From NCBI GenBank assembly GCA_900769705.1, contig CAAGHP010000002.1:15633-79632 (forward strand): a DNA stretch of 64,000 nucleotides. The letters run 5' to 3'. Every line of letters begins with the position of its first letter. Position 1 is the first letter of the stretch. Below, piece after piece: positions 19,809 to 28,725 of the stretch. Made by a program: the position numbers and the translations under genes. This stretch comes from Alphaproteobacteria bacterium (GTDB lineage: Bacteria > Pseudomonadota > Alphaproteobacteria > RF32 > CAG-239). The notes below the pieces were generated by a model. That model had not been told where the DNA came from, did not search any database, and saw only the letters and a list, made by a program, of their open reading frames with translations.

Positions 19809-20969
19809 TTGATTTTAGGGAGTTTAGATATTATGAACAGATATTTGTTATTGACCTGCGCTATGTTATTGGCAATTCCGGCGTATGCCTCTACCGATAA
19901 GCTGATAGAAAATGTTAAAAACAAAAACCTGAAAGCAGTTGAAGCTTTGTTGAACAGCGGCGAAGATGTCAACGGTACCAATGCTCAGGGAAATACGGCT
20001 TTGCACTATGCAGTGGCAACTAACAACGCCGATATGGTAAAGCTACTGTTACAACACAATGCGGATATGAATGCGCAAAATACAAAAGGCTGGTCGCCGC
20101 TTTCGATTGCTGAAAAGAAAAATGTGGGCAATATCTATGATATTTTAGAAGCAAAACAAGCTAAAAATAAAGCTGAAGTTAAGGCGGCAGAGGAAAAAGC
20201 AGCTAAAGAAAAAGCTGATGCAGAAGCAAAAGCTAAAGCCGCGGCAGAACAGGCAACCCGCAAAAAAGCTGAAGCAGAAGCAAAAATGGCAGCAGAAAAA
20301 GAGGCTTTGCGCGCAAAAGAAGAAGCAGTCAGATTAGAGGCGGAAAAACAAGCTGCAGCTTTAAAAGAACAAGCAAAAAAAGCTGCGGCCGAGGCAGTTG
20401 CAAAAGCCGAACAGAAAAAAGCTGAGCTGGCAGCTAAACAAGCTGAAACAGAAGCAGCTGCTAAAGAAAAGGCACTAAAATTACAAAAAGCTCAAGCTAG
20501 CGCCGCAGCAGCTAAACAATTGACAGAACCAAAAGCCGAAGTTAAGAAAAATGTCGTAAAACCGGCTGTAAATACTATTATTCCACTGCAGAAAAATACA
20601 AATAAAAACAAAATGAAAAATAAAGATGTTAAACTAAAAAATAAAAAAATTAAGCAGGCTTTCAAAGCTTCGCCGTTATCGGCAAAAATAAGTCAAGGCG
20701 ATGAAGAAGTTGTTTATTGCCTGCAATATTTAGGTTTACAGGGCGAGCAAAAAAATATGACAGTGGCTGCAGGTTATTATGCCGTGGAAACAGGTGTCAG
20801 CAAAGCTCGTCATGATGTGGCTGCGGCCGAAGCTCAAAAGTATTATGAAAACGCTTCGGAAGCCGATATAAAGGCGAGGGCAGATTTGTGCGGAAAATAT
20901 ATTACGCCGAAACAAGCTGCTAAACAAAATCAAATTATCCGTAATTTGAATAAAGCTATCGGGTTCTAA
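19809..20969 (+). CDS. secreted ankyrin-repeat protein with long Ala/Lys/Glu-rich low-complexity region
   Basis: Signal peptide MNRYLLLTCAMLLAIPAYA is present. Two ANK repeats are found (GNTALHYAV..NADMVKLLLQHNADMN). About 130 aa of KAEAEAKAKAAAE-type repeats follow. Confidence 0.75.
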   Translation: MILGSLDIMNRYLLLTCAMLLAIPAYASTDKLIENVKNKNLKAVEALLNSGEDVNGTNAQGNTALHYAVATNNADMVKLLLQHNADMNAQNTKGWSPLSIAEKKNVGNIYDILEAKQAKNKAEVKAAEEKAAKEKADAEAKAKAAAEQATRKKAEAEAKMAAEKEALRAKEEAVRLEAEKQAAALKEQAKKAAAEAVAKAEQKKAELAAKQAETEAAAKEKALKLQKAQASAAAAKQLTEPKAEVKKNVVKPAVNTIIPLQKNTNKNKMKNKDVKLKNKKIKQAFKASPLSAKISQGDEEVVYCLQYLGLQGEQKNMTVAAGYYAVETGVSKARHDVAAAEAQKYYENASEADIKARADLCGKYITPKQAAKQNQIIRNLNKAIGF

Positions 20970-20987
20970 AATACATAAAATCAAACA

Positions 20988-21016
20988 GTTAAACTATAAA
21001 ACCGCCGGTTATGGCG
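20988..21016. terminator. bidirectional terminator between ankyrin gene and ugd
   Basis: AAAACCGCC ggttat GGCGGTTTT hairpin with A/T runs on both sides. Confidence 0.7.
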
Positions 21017-21042
21017 GTTTTATAATTGCTTTCAAATTTTGA

Positions 21043-22350
21043 CTAATTACATTTTTTGCCGATACATTGATATTCAAAGCCTAAATTTTCGGCAGTGCGG
21101 GCATTTAACATATTACGCAAGTCCAAGATTTTTTTAGAGTGCATCAGCTGAGCTACAATGTTCAAATCGGCAGCGGCAAATTCTTTCCATTCGGTCAAAA
21201 TAACCAAAACATCTGCATCTTTAACCGCTGAATACATATCATCGGCGTATGAAATTTTACTACCTAGTATTTGGCAGGCTGTACCCATGGCTTTGGGATC
21301 GTAGGCCGTAATATCGGTTTTGGCCCGCAGAAGCTCGCCGATGATATCCATAGCCGGACTTTGACGGCAATCGTCGGTACCGTTTTTAAAAGCCAATCCC
21401 CAAACGGCGATTTTCGGATGTTTGACATCTTTAACACTTTTAAGCACACGTTCTGCCATTTGTTGTTTACGCTTATTGTTGCCGGCAATAGTGGTCTCTA
21501 TCAGTTCAATCGGCGTATCTACCAATCGCGCCATATAGGCCATAGCCATGGTGTCTTTAGGAAAACAGCTGCCGCCGAAACCGATTCCGGCATTTAGAAA
21601 GCGGTTGCCGATACGGTTATCCAACCCCATTCCCTGCGCTACCTCATCAACATTGGCGCCGGATTTTTCGCAGAAATCGGCAATTTCGTTAATATAGTGA
21701 ATTTTCATGGCTAAAAACGCATTTGACGCGTACTTTATGGTTTCGCTGGAACGGCGGGATACAAACAGCATTTTTGTTTTTTCGGCAAAAGGCTGATACA
21801 ATTCGCGAATAACTTTTTCGGCCTTCTCAGCGTTTGTTCCCACAATAATCCTGTCCGGATTGAAAAAGTCGTGAATTGCAAAACCCTCGCGCAAAAATTC
21901 CGGCAGAGAAATCACATCAAAGCGGGCAGTTGGATTTTTGCTGCGGATAAGCTGCTCTATATTGTCGCCGGTGCCGACCGGTACGGTTGATTTTGTAGCA
22001 ATAACCGTGTAGTCGGTCAAATATTCGGCTAATTCGGTTGCGGCGGCATAAATATATTTCAAATCAGCTTCATGCGTTACCGGATGCGGCGGGGTTCCGA
22101 CGGCAATCAGCACAACATCGGCTCCTTCTATGGCTTTTTTCATGGAGGTGGTAAAGCTTAGGCGGCCGTTGGCGGTGTTTTTGGCAAACAGTTCCGCCAG
22201 TCCGTCTTCAAAAATCGTAAGCTGACCGGCTTTAAGCGCGTCTATTTTTTCTTTAATTTTATCCACGCAGACAACCGTATTGCCCAGTTCAGCCAAACCC
22301 ACGCCCGTGGGCAGCCCCACATAACCTGTTCCGATAATACCGATTTTCAT
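21043..22350 (-). CDS. ugd: UDP-glucose 6-dehydrogenase
   Basis: N-terminal NAD-binding MKIGIIGTGYVGL is present. Catalytic region GFGGSCFPKD is found. Length is 435 aa. Confidence 0.88.
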   Translation of the reverse strand: MKIGIIGTGYVGLPTGVGLAELGNTVVCVDKIKEKIDALKAGQLTIFEDGLAELFAKNTANGRLSFTTSMKKAIEGADVVLIAVGTPPHPVTHEADLKYIYAAATELAEYLTDYTVIATKSTVPVGTGDNIEQLIRSKNPTARFDVISLPEFLREGFAIHDFFNPDRIIVGTNAEKAEKVIRELYQPFAEKTKMLFVSRRSSETIKYASNAFLAMKIHYINEIADFCEKSGANVDEVAQGMGLDNRIGNRFLNAGIGFGGSCFPKDTMAMAYMARLVDTPIELIETTIAGNNKRKQQMAERVLKSVKDVKHPKIAVWGLAFKNGTDDCRQSPAMDIIGELLRAKTDITAYDPKAMGTACQILGSKISYADDMYSAVKDADVLVILTEWKEFAAADLNIVAQLMHSKKILDLRNMLNARTAENLGFEYQCIGKKCN

Positions 22351-22430
22351 AGCAGCATCCTTTCATTTTTTTGCAATTATCAAACTTTCGGCAGGGCTTT
22401 GCAAGAATTATTAGCGGTTTATACATAATA

Positions 22431-22461
22431 AAAAAAAGAGGCCGTTTCCAGCCTCTTTTTC
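22431..22461 (-). terminator. terminator downstream of ldh
   Basis: AGAGGC cgtttcca GCCTCT hairpin with flanking A/T runs. Confidence 0.6.
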
Positions 22462-22479
22462 TAAGCAAAATACCAAATT

Positions 22480-23427
22480 TTATTTATCGGCAATCATAGC
22501 CAAAGCTTTGTCGGTATATTCTTTCATGATTTCGGCGCTGGATTTTAATTTAGCGCGTTCTTCATCAGAAAGTTTTGGAGAAATAACGTGGAAAATACCT
22601 TTTTTGTTAATAACTGTCGGCAAAGACAAACTTACGCCTTTAACGCCTTCAATATCATCATGATGTGAAGACACAGTTAAAATAGCATATTCGTTATTGT
22701 TAATAGCGCGGCAAATCTGTGTCAAAGCGCCGGCGATACCATAGAATGTGGCACCTTTGCCTTCAATAATTTTATAGGCAGCATTAACAACGCCGTCTTT
22801 GATTTCAGCTTTTTTAGCATCGTCCAAAACCTTATTTACGCTAGCTGCGTATTCATCCAAAGACAAAGTTCCTGCTTCGGCGTTAGACCAAATCAAAACT
22901 TCGCTGTCGCCGTGTTCGCCGATAACGTCTGCGTGAACGGATTTTGTGGAAACACCCAAATAAAAAGCCAGCAAGGTTCTAAAACGGGAGGTATCCAAAA
23001 CCGTGCCGCTGCCGATAACGCGTTCTTTTGGAAAACCAGAAAGTTTGCGGGCAACTTCTGTCATAATGTCAGCCGGATTAGCGGTAATCAGCAAGATTGA
23101 ATCCGGAGCGTATTTGGCAACCTGCGGAATAATGCTTTCAAAAATTTTAACATTGCGTCCCAAAAGGTCAATACGAGTTTCACCCGGTTTTTGATTTGCA
23201 CCGGCGGTAACGATAACAACTTCGCAGCCGTCCAAATCTTCATAAGTTCCGGCTTTTATTTTTCCGGCATGTCCAAATGGAGCGGCATGGGCAATATCCA
23301 TAGCTTCAGCCTGAGCTTTTTTCTCATTCATATCAATCAATACAACTTTGTGGGCAACGCCTGTCATCATCAAAGAAAATGCAGCAGCACTTCCAACAGA
23401 ACCGGCACCGATAATACCAACTTTCAT
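22480..23427 (-). CDS. ldh: L-lactate dehydrogenase (LDH/MDH superfamily, Gln at the substrate-specificity position)
   Basis: N-terminus is MKVGIIGAGSVGSA. Active-site loop TAGANQKPGETRIDLL carries Q rather than R, which is the LDH signature. IGEHGDS motif is also present. Confidence 0.75.
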   Translation of the reverse strand: MKVGIIGAGSVGSAAAFSLMMTGVAHKVVLIDMNEKKAQAEAMDIAHAAPFGHAGKIKAGTYEDLDGCEVVIVTAGANQKPGETRIDLLGRNVKIFESIIPQVAKYAPDSILLITANPADIMTEVARKLSGFPKERVIGSGTVLDTSRFRTLLAFYLGVSTKSVHADVIGEHGDSEVLIWSNAEAGTLSLDEYAASVNKVLDDAKKAEIKDGVVNAAYKIIEGKGATFYGIAGALTQICRAINNNEYAILTVSSHHDDIEGVKGVSLSLPTVINKKGIFHVISPKLSDEERAKLKSSAEIMKEYTDKALAMIADK

Positions 23428-23546
23428 GTTTTATCTCCAATTAAAAATATGTTCAAAAATTCATTTACTTATATAGATATCTTTATGGTTAAATTGCAAT
23501 ACCTTTTTTGAATTTTTTGCAATTTTTTTTACATAAAAAAACAGGG

Positions 23547-23575
23547 TTGACAGTTTAAGCGAAAGTTTATATAGA
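23547..23575 (+). promoter_or_regulatory. sigma70 promoter (TTGACA-17-TATAGA)
   Basis: gTTGACAgtttaagcgaaagtttaTATAGA, upstream of ybaK. Confidence 0.5.
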
Positions 23576-23581
23576 AAAATT

Positions 23582-24079
23582 ATGAAAAATGTAGAGAAAA
23601 TGATAAAAACTAACGCTATGCGGATTGTGGAAACTGCCAAAATTCCGTATAAGGTGTATGAATATGAGGTGACCGACGGTGTTGACGCCAAAAGTGTGGC
23701 GCAATATTTGCAAAAGCCGGAAGAGCAGGTGTTTAAAACTTTGGTGACGCAAGCGCCAAACGACCAGCACGGTTTTGAACATTTTGTTTTTGTGATTCCG
23801 GCAAACGCCGAACTCAGCGTTAAAAAAGCCGCTCATGCCGCCGGTGTAAAAAATTTGGAAATGCTGCCGCTGAAAAAACTTTTGCCGCTGACCGGCTATG
23901 TGCATGGCGGTTGCTCTCCGTTGGGAATGAAAAAACAATTTCCGGTTTTTATTGATGAAACGGCAATTTTATTTGACACATTTTGCCTTTCGGGCGGAAA
24001 AATCGGTGTGACATTGGAGCTGAACGCCGAAGCTTTGGCCGCGGCAATCGGAGCAAAATTTGCAGATTTAACGCTGTAA
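23582..24079 (+). CDS. ybaK: Cys-tRNA(Pro)/Cys-tRNA(Cys) deacylase
   Basis: YbaK/ProX family. N-terminus is MIKTNAMRIVETAKIPYKVYEYE. A GGK motif is present. Confidence 0.8.
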   Translation: MKNVEKMIKTNAMRIVETAKIPYKVYEYEVTDGVDAKSVAQYLQKPEEQVFKTLVTQAPNDQHGFEHFVFVIPANAELSVKKAAHAAGVKNLEMLPLKKLLPLTGYVHGGCSPLGMKKQFPVFIDETAILFDTFCLSGGKIGVTLELNAEALAAAIGAKFADLTL

Positions 24080-24094
24080 ATAAGGAGTAAGAAA

Positions 24095-24529
24095 ATGAAA
24101 TATTTATTGATGGCTTGTTTATTACTGCCACTATCGGCGCAGGCATTTTGTTTGGGTGAGGTAAGTTCTTCAAGAGAAAACGGCTTGGGCGATACAGAAT
24201 ATCGCGACAGTAGCGGGCGTTTGCTTGGAACTTCACGCCAAAACGGACTAGGCGAAACCGAATATCGTGATAACAGCGGACGTTTGATAGGTACTTCCAG
24301 AGAAAACAGCTTAGGCGACACAGAATACCGTAGCAGCAACGGCACGCTGGCCGGAACCTCGCACCAAAACAGTTTGGGAGATACAGAATATCGCAGCAAC
24401 AGCGGCATGCTGATGGGAACGGCTCACAAAAACAGCCTCGGCGACACTGAGTATCGTGACAATATCGGACAGCTGAAGGAAACATCTCATAAAAACGGTT
24501 TGGGCGAAACAATCTATTATAATTACTAG
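24095..24529 (+). CDS. secreted tandem-repeat protein (6 x 21-aa NGLGDTEYRDxSGxLxGTSxx repeats)
   Basis: Signal peptide MKYLLMACLLLPLSAQA is present. The repeats are perfectly periodic. RBS is AAGGAG. Confidence 0.7.
   Translation: MKYLLMACLLLPLSAQAFCLGEVSSSRENGLGDTEYRDSSGRLLGTSRQNGLGETEYRDNSGRLIGTSRENSLGDTEYRSSNGTLAGTSHQNSLGDTEYRSNSGMLMGTAHKNSLGDTEYRDNIGQLKETSHKNGLGETIYYNY
24172..24510 (+). repeat. 63-bp tandem DNA repeat, about 5.5 copies (coding)
   Basis: ...aacggcttgggcgatacagaatatcgcgacagtagcgggcgtttgcttggaacttcacgcca... recurs with point differences. Confidence 0.8.
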
Positions 24530-24537
24530 GAGAATTT

Positions 24538-25008
24538 TTGATGAACGAAATTTTACGTTTGGCTATGGAACAGGCGCGCAAGACCATGAATGAAAATATC
24601 GGCGGTCCGTTCGGGGCTGCTGTGATTGCTGAAAACGGTGAAATTTTGGCCGTTACTTCAAACTCTGTTTTACGTGACAACGACCCAACAGCTCACGCCG
24701 AAGTCAACGCCATCCGCGCGGCCTGTAAAAAAATCGGCAGCTATGATTTAAGCGGCTGCGTCTTATACACCACGGCTTATCCTTGCCCGATGTGTTTATC
24801 AGCCATTATCTGGGCGAATATCAAAAAAGTATATTTCGGCTGCCGTCCCGAAGATGCCGAACATATTGGTTTTAGAGACGATTTTATTTATCGTTTTATA
24901 GAGGCTAAATGCCGCGACAAATCGGTGCTGGATATGGCGGAATTGGATAGGACGGATTGCTTGAAACTGTTTGAAGAATATCAGAAAAAAGCCAAAACTA
25001 TTTATTAG
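24538..25008 (+). CDS. CMP/dCMP-type zinc deaminase (TadA / guanine-deaminase-like)
   Basis: HAEVNAIR and PCPMC zinc-binding motifs are present. Length is 156 aa. Confidence 0.7.
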   Translation: MMNEILRLAMEQARKTMNENIGGPFGAAVIAENGEILAVTSNSVLRDNDPTAHAEVNAIRAACKKIGSYDLSGCVLYTTAYPCPMCLSAIIWANIKKVYFGCRPEDAEHIGFRDDFIYRFIEAKCRDKSVLDMAELDRTDCLKLFEEYQKKAKTIY

Positions 25009-25159
25009 TTTGTTTCTTTTTTTTACCAAAAAATAACCCGATTTCAAAAAGCAAATAAGTAGGTGCAGTCAGCAGTAACTGACTGACGATGTCCGGCGGA
25101 GTTAAGATGCCGGAAACTAACAAGATTCCGACAAAAATATAAGAACGCTTGCTTTTCAT
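24998..25159 (-). pseudogene. tatC: tatC 3'-remnant (last ~50 codons only)
   Basis: Minus-strand translation gives MKSKRSYIFVGILLVSGILTPPDIVSQLLLTAPTYLLFEIGLFFGKKKKQTNK. This aligns with E. coli TatC C-terminus [40 protein letters not shown]. An in-frame stop lies 13 codons upstream of the ATG. Confidence 0.55.
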
Positions 25160-25451
25160 CCGCCCGTTATTTTCAGCGGGTTTTATTTTAGGTATTTAAT
25201 GAGGTTTGGAAATATGAATAAAAATGTTGAAAACTGGCAGTGCAGCGGTCGTTCAATGATAGAAATGCTTGGATTGTGGCGCTTAATGAAAATACAGGCT
25301 CAAACCGCCATTATGTCTGCGGCAAAGCTTCTACAGAATATTATTACATTCATATTGGCTGCAAACCTTATAATTGGAGCGAAATCGCAAAAAAATGTTC
25401 AGTTTGTGCAACGCAAATATGTGATATAAAATTTCTTCTCAACAACAATGG

Positions 25452-25850
25452 CTAACTGTTGAATTTTTTTATAGCTTTATCAAAACTGCCAAGTTTAACG
25501 GCTTCTTCATAAAGGCGGACTTTATAATCAATTTTTTGCAAATATTTTTGAAATTGCTCAATTTGTGTCAAAATTTTAAGTTGCTGTTGTTTAAACATTT
25601 CCAAACGCTGGGGCAGGGTGGAATCGCCCTCGCGGAACCAGTCGATGTATTGTTTGATACCCTTGAGCGGCATTCCGGTTTCTTTCAGACATTCAATAAT
25701 AGAAAGCCAGCCTAAATCGTTGTCAGAAAACATACGCAAGCCGGAACTGCTTTTACGCACAAACGGCAGCAAGCCTTCTTTTTCATAATAGCGCAGAGTG
25801 TGGACGGTCAGTCCGGTTTTGGCGGCAACTTGCCCAATTGAATAATACAT
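25452..25850 (-). CDS. MerR-family transcriptional regulator
   Basis: HTH segment YSIGQVAAKTGLTVHTLRYYEKEGLL is followed by a dimerisation coiled-coil. Length is 132 aa. Confidence 0.85.
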   Translation of the reverse strand: MYYSIGQVAAKTGLTVHTLRYYEKEGLLPFVRKSSSGLRMFSDNDLGWLSIIECLKETGMPLKGIKQYIDWFREGDSTLPQRLEMFKQQQLKILTQIEQFQKYLQKIDYKVRLYEEAVKLGSFDKAIKKFNS

Positions 25851-25900
25851 CTTTGAATTTTCCGTAAAGTATATATTTTTTTTGCAGATTTTTAAAAAAT

Positions 25901-25938
25901 CTTGACTTAGAGTAAACTCTAAAGATTAGACAGTCAAG
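25901..25938 (+). promoter_or_regulatory. MerR-type operator/promoter: TTGACT, 19-bp spacer with perfect dyad TAGAGTaaACTCTA, weak -10 TAGACA, flanked by CTTGACT/AGTCAAG inverted repeat
   Basis: The 19-bp spacer with an internal dyad is the hallmark of MerR-activated promoters. It is divergent from the merR-like gene. Confidence 0.55.
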
Positions 25939-26132
25939 TGATAAAGAAAAAATTCATAGGAGGAAAAATGTTTAGATTGCAAAATCGTCAGGTGGCTTAG
26001 GTTGACTTAATTTATCGCGAAGCGGTTAAATCTTTGAAACATATTTTATATAATAACCATTTGTCGCATAATATCTATTATGTATAGTTTTAAATATTCA
26101 AAACCTGAATTTATTAAATCAAGCCAGGTTTT

Positions 26133-27713
26133 TTACAGCAAGGACGCTTTTATAAGCTGCTGCGTATATGGTTGTTGCGGCTGTTCAAATATCTGTGTTG
26201 TTACACCTTGCTCAATAATTTTGCCATTTTTCATTACCATAACTCGGTGTGACATAGCTCGAATTGCATTCATATCATGTGAAATAAAAATATATGATAT
26301 CTTATATTTTATCTGCAAACTTTTCAAAAGTTCTACAATTTGGGCTTGAACCGTCACATCTAGTGCCGATGTCGGCTCGTCCAAAATAATTATTTTTGGA
26401 TTTAAAATCAAAGCCCGTGCCAAAGCAATTCTTTGCCTTTGGCCTCCGGAAAATTCATGCGGATATGCATCCATAATTGATTCATCTAGATTAACTTCTT
26501 TTAATATTTCTTTGATTTTATTTATTTTTTCACTTTTCCGAAGTTGCTTGAAATGAACTGTTAAACCTTCTTCAATAATTTGTTTAATGGTCATACGCGG
26601 ATTTAAGGAATTGTATGGATCTTGAAAAACAATTTGCAAATCTTTGCTGAACTGATGCTGATTTTGATATTCATTGTCGGTCAATATTTCTATATTACCG
26701 CGATGTTTCAATAAGTTAATAACAGCTAAAGCCAAAGATGTTTTACCGGAGCCGGATTCGCCGACAATCCCTAAAGTTTCCCCTTGTCTTAAATCAAAAC
26801 TAACCTTATCAACGGCCTTGAAATCAGCAGTCACCCTGCCCCAAATATTTTTTTTGCGAGGAAAAGATACTTCTATATCATTAGCTTTAAGTATAATTTT
26901 TGAATCTTTTTTTTGCTGCAAATTCAATAATAAATTAGATGATATTAACTTTTTAGTGTAACTTGTTTGCGGGTTTTCAAACACCTGTTTTGCAGTTCCG
27001 TATTCTAATAAATCGCCTTTGTACATAACAGCAATATGGTCGGAGATTTTATGAACTAAACGTAAATTATGGCTGATGAAAATAATGGACATATTTAGTT
27101 TTTGTTTTAATTCCAGCAGCAAATCAATAATTTGCTCTTGGATTGTCACATCCAAAGCCGTGGTCGGCTCATCGGCAATCAAAATCTGCGGATTGTTGGC
27201 AATCGCCATAGCTATCATAACTCTTTGCCGCTGCCCGCCGGAAAGTTCAAACGGATAAGCATTTATTTTTTGTTCAGGCTCTGGAATTTTAACCAACTGC
27301 AGCAATTCAAATGTACGTTTTTTTATTTGTTCTTTGCTTAAATTTTGATGTAATTCCAAACTTTCCGCTATTTGTACGCCGATTTTGTGCAGCGGATTCA
27401 ATGAAGACATAGGTTCTTGGAAAATAAAAGATATTTTATTACCGCGAATTTGCTGAAATTCTTTGTTATTAAGACCTATAAGCTCTGTTTGATTAAAAAC
27501 TATGGAAGATTTTTCTAAATGATAAGCCTTTGGATAAGGCAGCAAACCCAAAATCGATAATGCCGTTACAGATTTTCCTGAACCGGATTCACCGACTATT
27601 CCAAGAATTTCCCCCTGCTCTAATTTTAGGCTTATGTTATTTACAGCGCAAAAATCAGTTTGGCCGTTTCGCTTGAAATATACTGATAAGTGATTGATTT
27701 CCAAGATATTCAT
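26133..27713 (-). CDS. yejF: ABC transporter ATP-binding protein with two fused ABC domains (YejF/microcin C-oligopeptide type)
   Basis: Two sets of Walker A ([16 protein letters not shown]), signature LSGGQRQR and Walker [11 protein letters not shown] are present. Confidence 0.85.
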   Translation of the reverse strand: MNILEINHLSVYFKRNGQTDFCAVNNISLKLEQGEILGIVGESGSGKSVTALSILGLLPYPKAYHLEKSSIVFNQTELIGLNNKEFQQIRGNKISFIFQEPMSSLNPLHKIGVQIAESLELHQNLSKEQIKKRTFELLQLVKIPEPEQKINAYPFELSGGQRQRVMIAMAIANNPQILIADEPTTALDVTIQEQIIDLLLELKQKLNMSIIFISHNLRLVHKISDHIAVMYKGDLLEYGTAKQVFENPQTSYTKKLISSNLLLNLQQKKDSKIILKANDIEVSFPRKKNIWGRVTADFKAVDKVSFDLRQGETLGIVGESGSGKTSLALAVINLLKHRGNIEILTDNEYQNQHQFSKDLQIVFQDPYNSLNPRMTIKQIIEEGLTVHFKQLRKSEKINKIKEILKEVNLDESIMDAYPHEFSGGQRQRIALARALILNPKIIILDEPTSALDVTVQAQIVELLKSLQIKYKISYIFISHDMNAIRAMSHRVMVMKNGKIIEQGVTTQIFEQPQQPYTQQLIKASLL

Positions 27714-28723
27714 CAGCCATTTTTCCTTGTATCAAATACATCGCGTACACCTTCGCCGATAAATATCAGCATAGAAAGCAATCCGGATAGCACCATAAAA
27801 ATACTGATACCTATCCATGGTGCCTGCAAATTGTCTTTGCCTTGGCGTACTAAGTCTCCCAGCGACGGATATTCCTGCGGCAAGCCAAGTCCCAAAAAAT
27901 CCAAGGCACTCAAAGAAGTTATCGCCTCTGCCATAATAAACGGAATAAAGGTAATTGATGTGACCAGTGCATTAGGCAGAATATGTCGAAACATTATGCG
28001 AAAGCTACTGACGCCAAGTACTTGAGCTGCCTTAACAAACTCAAAATTGCGCAGGCGTAAAAATTCGGCACGCACCATTCCGGTTAATCCGGTCCAAGAG
28101 AAAAGCAGCAAAATAACCAGCAAACTGCAAAAAGTCGGCAAAAATACGCTGGCGATAATAATCAATATAAATAACTGCGGCAAAGAATCCCAAATTTCAA
28201 TAAATCTTTGCAAAACAATGTCTGTTTTACCGCCGAAATATCCCTGCACTGCTCCGATGAATATGCCTATTACCGATGAAATAAGCGTTAATAATATAGC
28301 AAAAATCAGTGATAGGCGAATACCGTATAAAATCCGCGCCAGCACATCACGCCCTTCTTCATCCGTACCAAGCCAATGTTTTTTATCCGGAGCCGATGGC
28401 GTAGCACTGTCCAAATAATAATCAACGGTATTAAATGAATATGGTATCGGAGGCATTATCATCCAACCGTTCTGTTTGATATTGCTTTGAATTAAATTAT
28501 CACGATAATCGGCCGCCGTCGGAAAATCTCCACCCCAAAAAGCATCACTGTAATTATGTATAATTGGAAAATATAATTCATTTTTATATTTTACTATCAA
28601 TGGCTTATCATTAGCAATTAAATTTGAAAATAAAGATAGTACAAAAATTATACCTAAGAGCCAGATTGAAATTAAAGCTCTTTTATTTTTTTTGAACACC
28701 TGTATTTTATTTTTCAGATCCAT
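27713..28723 (-). CDS. yejE: ABC transporter permease (YejE/OppC-like)
   Basis: Six-TM BPD-transporter fold with an EAA-like loop ...[20 protein letters not shown]... Stop overlaps the yejF start. Confidence 0.78.
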   Translation of the reverse strand: MDLKNKIQVFKKNKRALISIWLLGIIFVLSLFSNLIANDKPLIVKYKNELYFPIIHNYSDAFWGGDFPTAADYRDNLIQSNIKQNGWMIMPPIPYSFNTVDYYLDSATPSAPDKKHWLGTDEEGRDVLARILYGIRLSLIFAILLTLISSVIGIFIGAVQGYFGGKTDIVLQRFIEIWDSLPQLFILIIIASVFLPTFCSLLVILLLFSWTGLTGMVRAEFLRLRNFEFVKAAQVLGVSSFRIMFRHILPNALVTSITFIPFIMAEAITSLSALDFLGLGLPQEYPSLGDLVRQGKDNLQAPWIGISIFMVLSGLLSMLIFIGEGVRDVFDTRKNG

Positions 28724-28725
28724 TC

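Noticed and set aside
23896-24680. Long minus-strand ORFs (170 and 243 aa) with internally repeated peptide sequence.
   Set aside because: They are artefacts of reading the 63-bp tandem repeat of the 24095..24529 gene, and the ybaK 3' end, on the opposite strand. The plus-strand genes have signal peptide, RBS and coherent domains.
26080-26349. Cys-rich 89-aa plus-strand ORF downstream of the MerR-type promoter.
   Set aside because: It lies antisense to the 3' end of yejF and has no RBS. The composition is consistent with the reverse reading of an AT-rich ABC gene. Only the 10-codon ORF has a proper SD.
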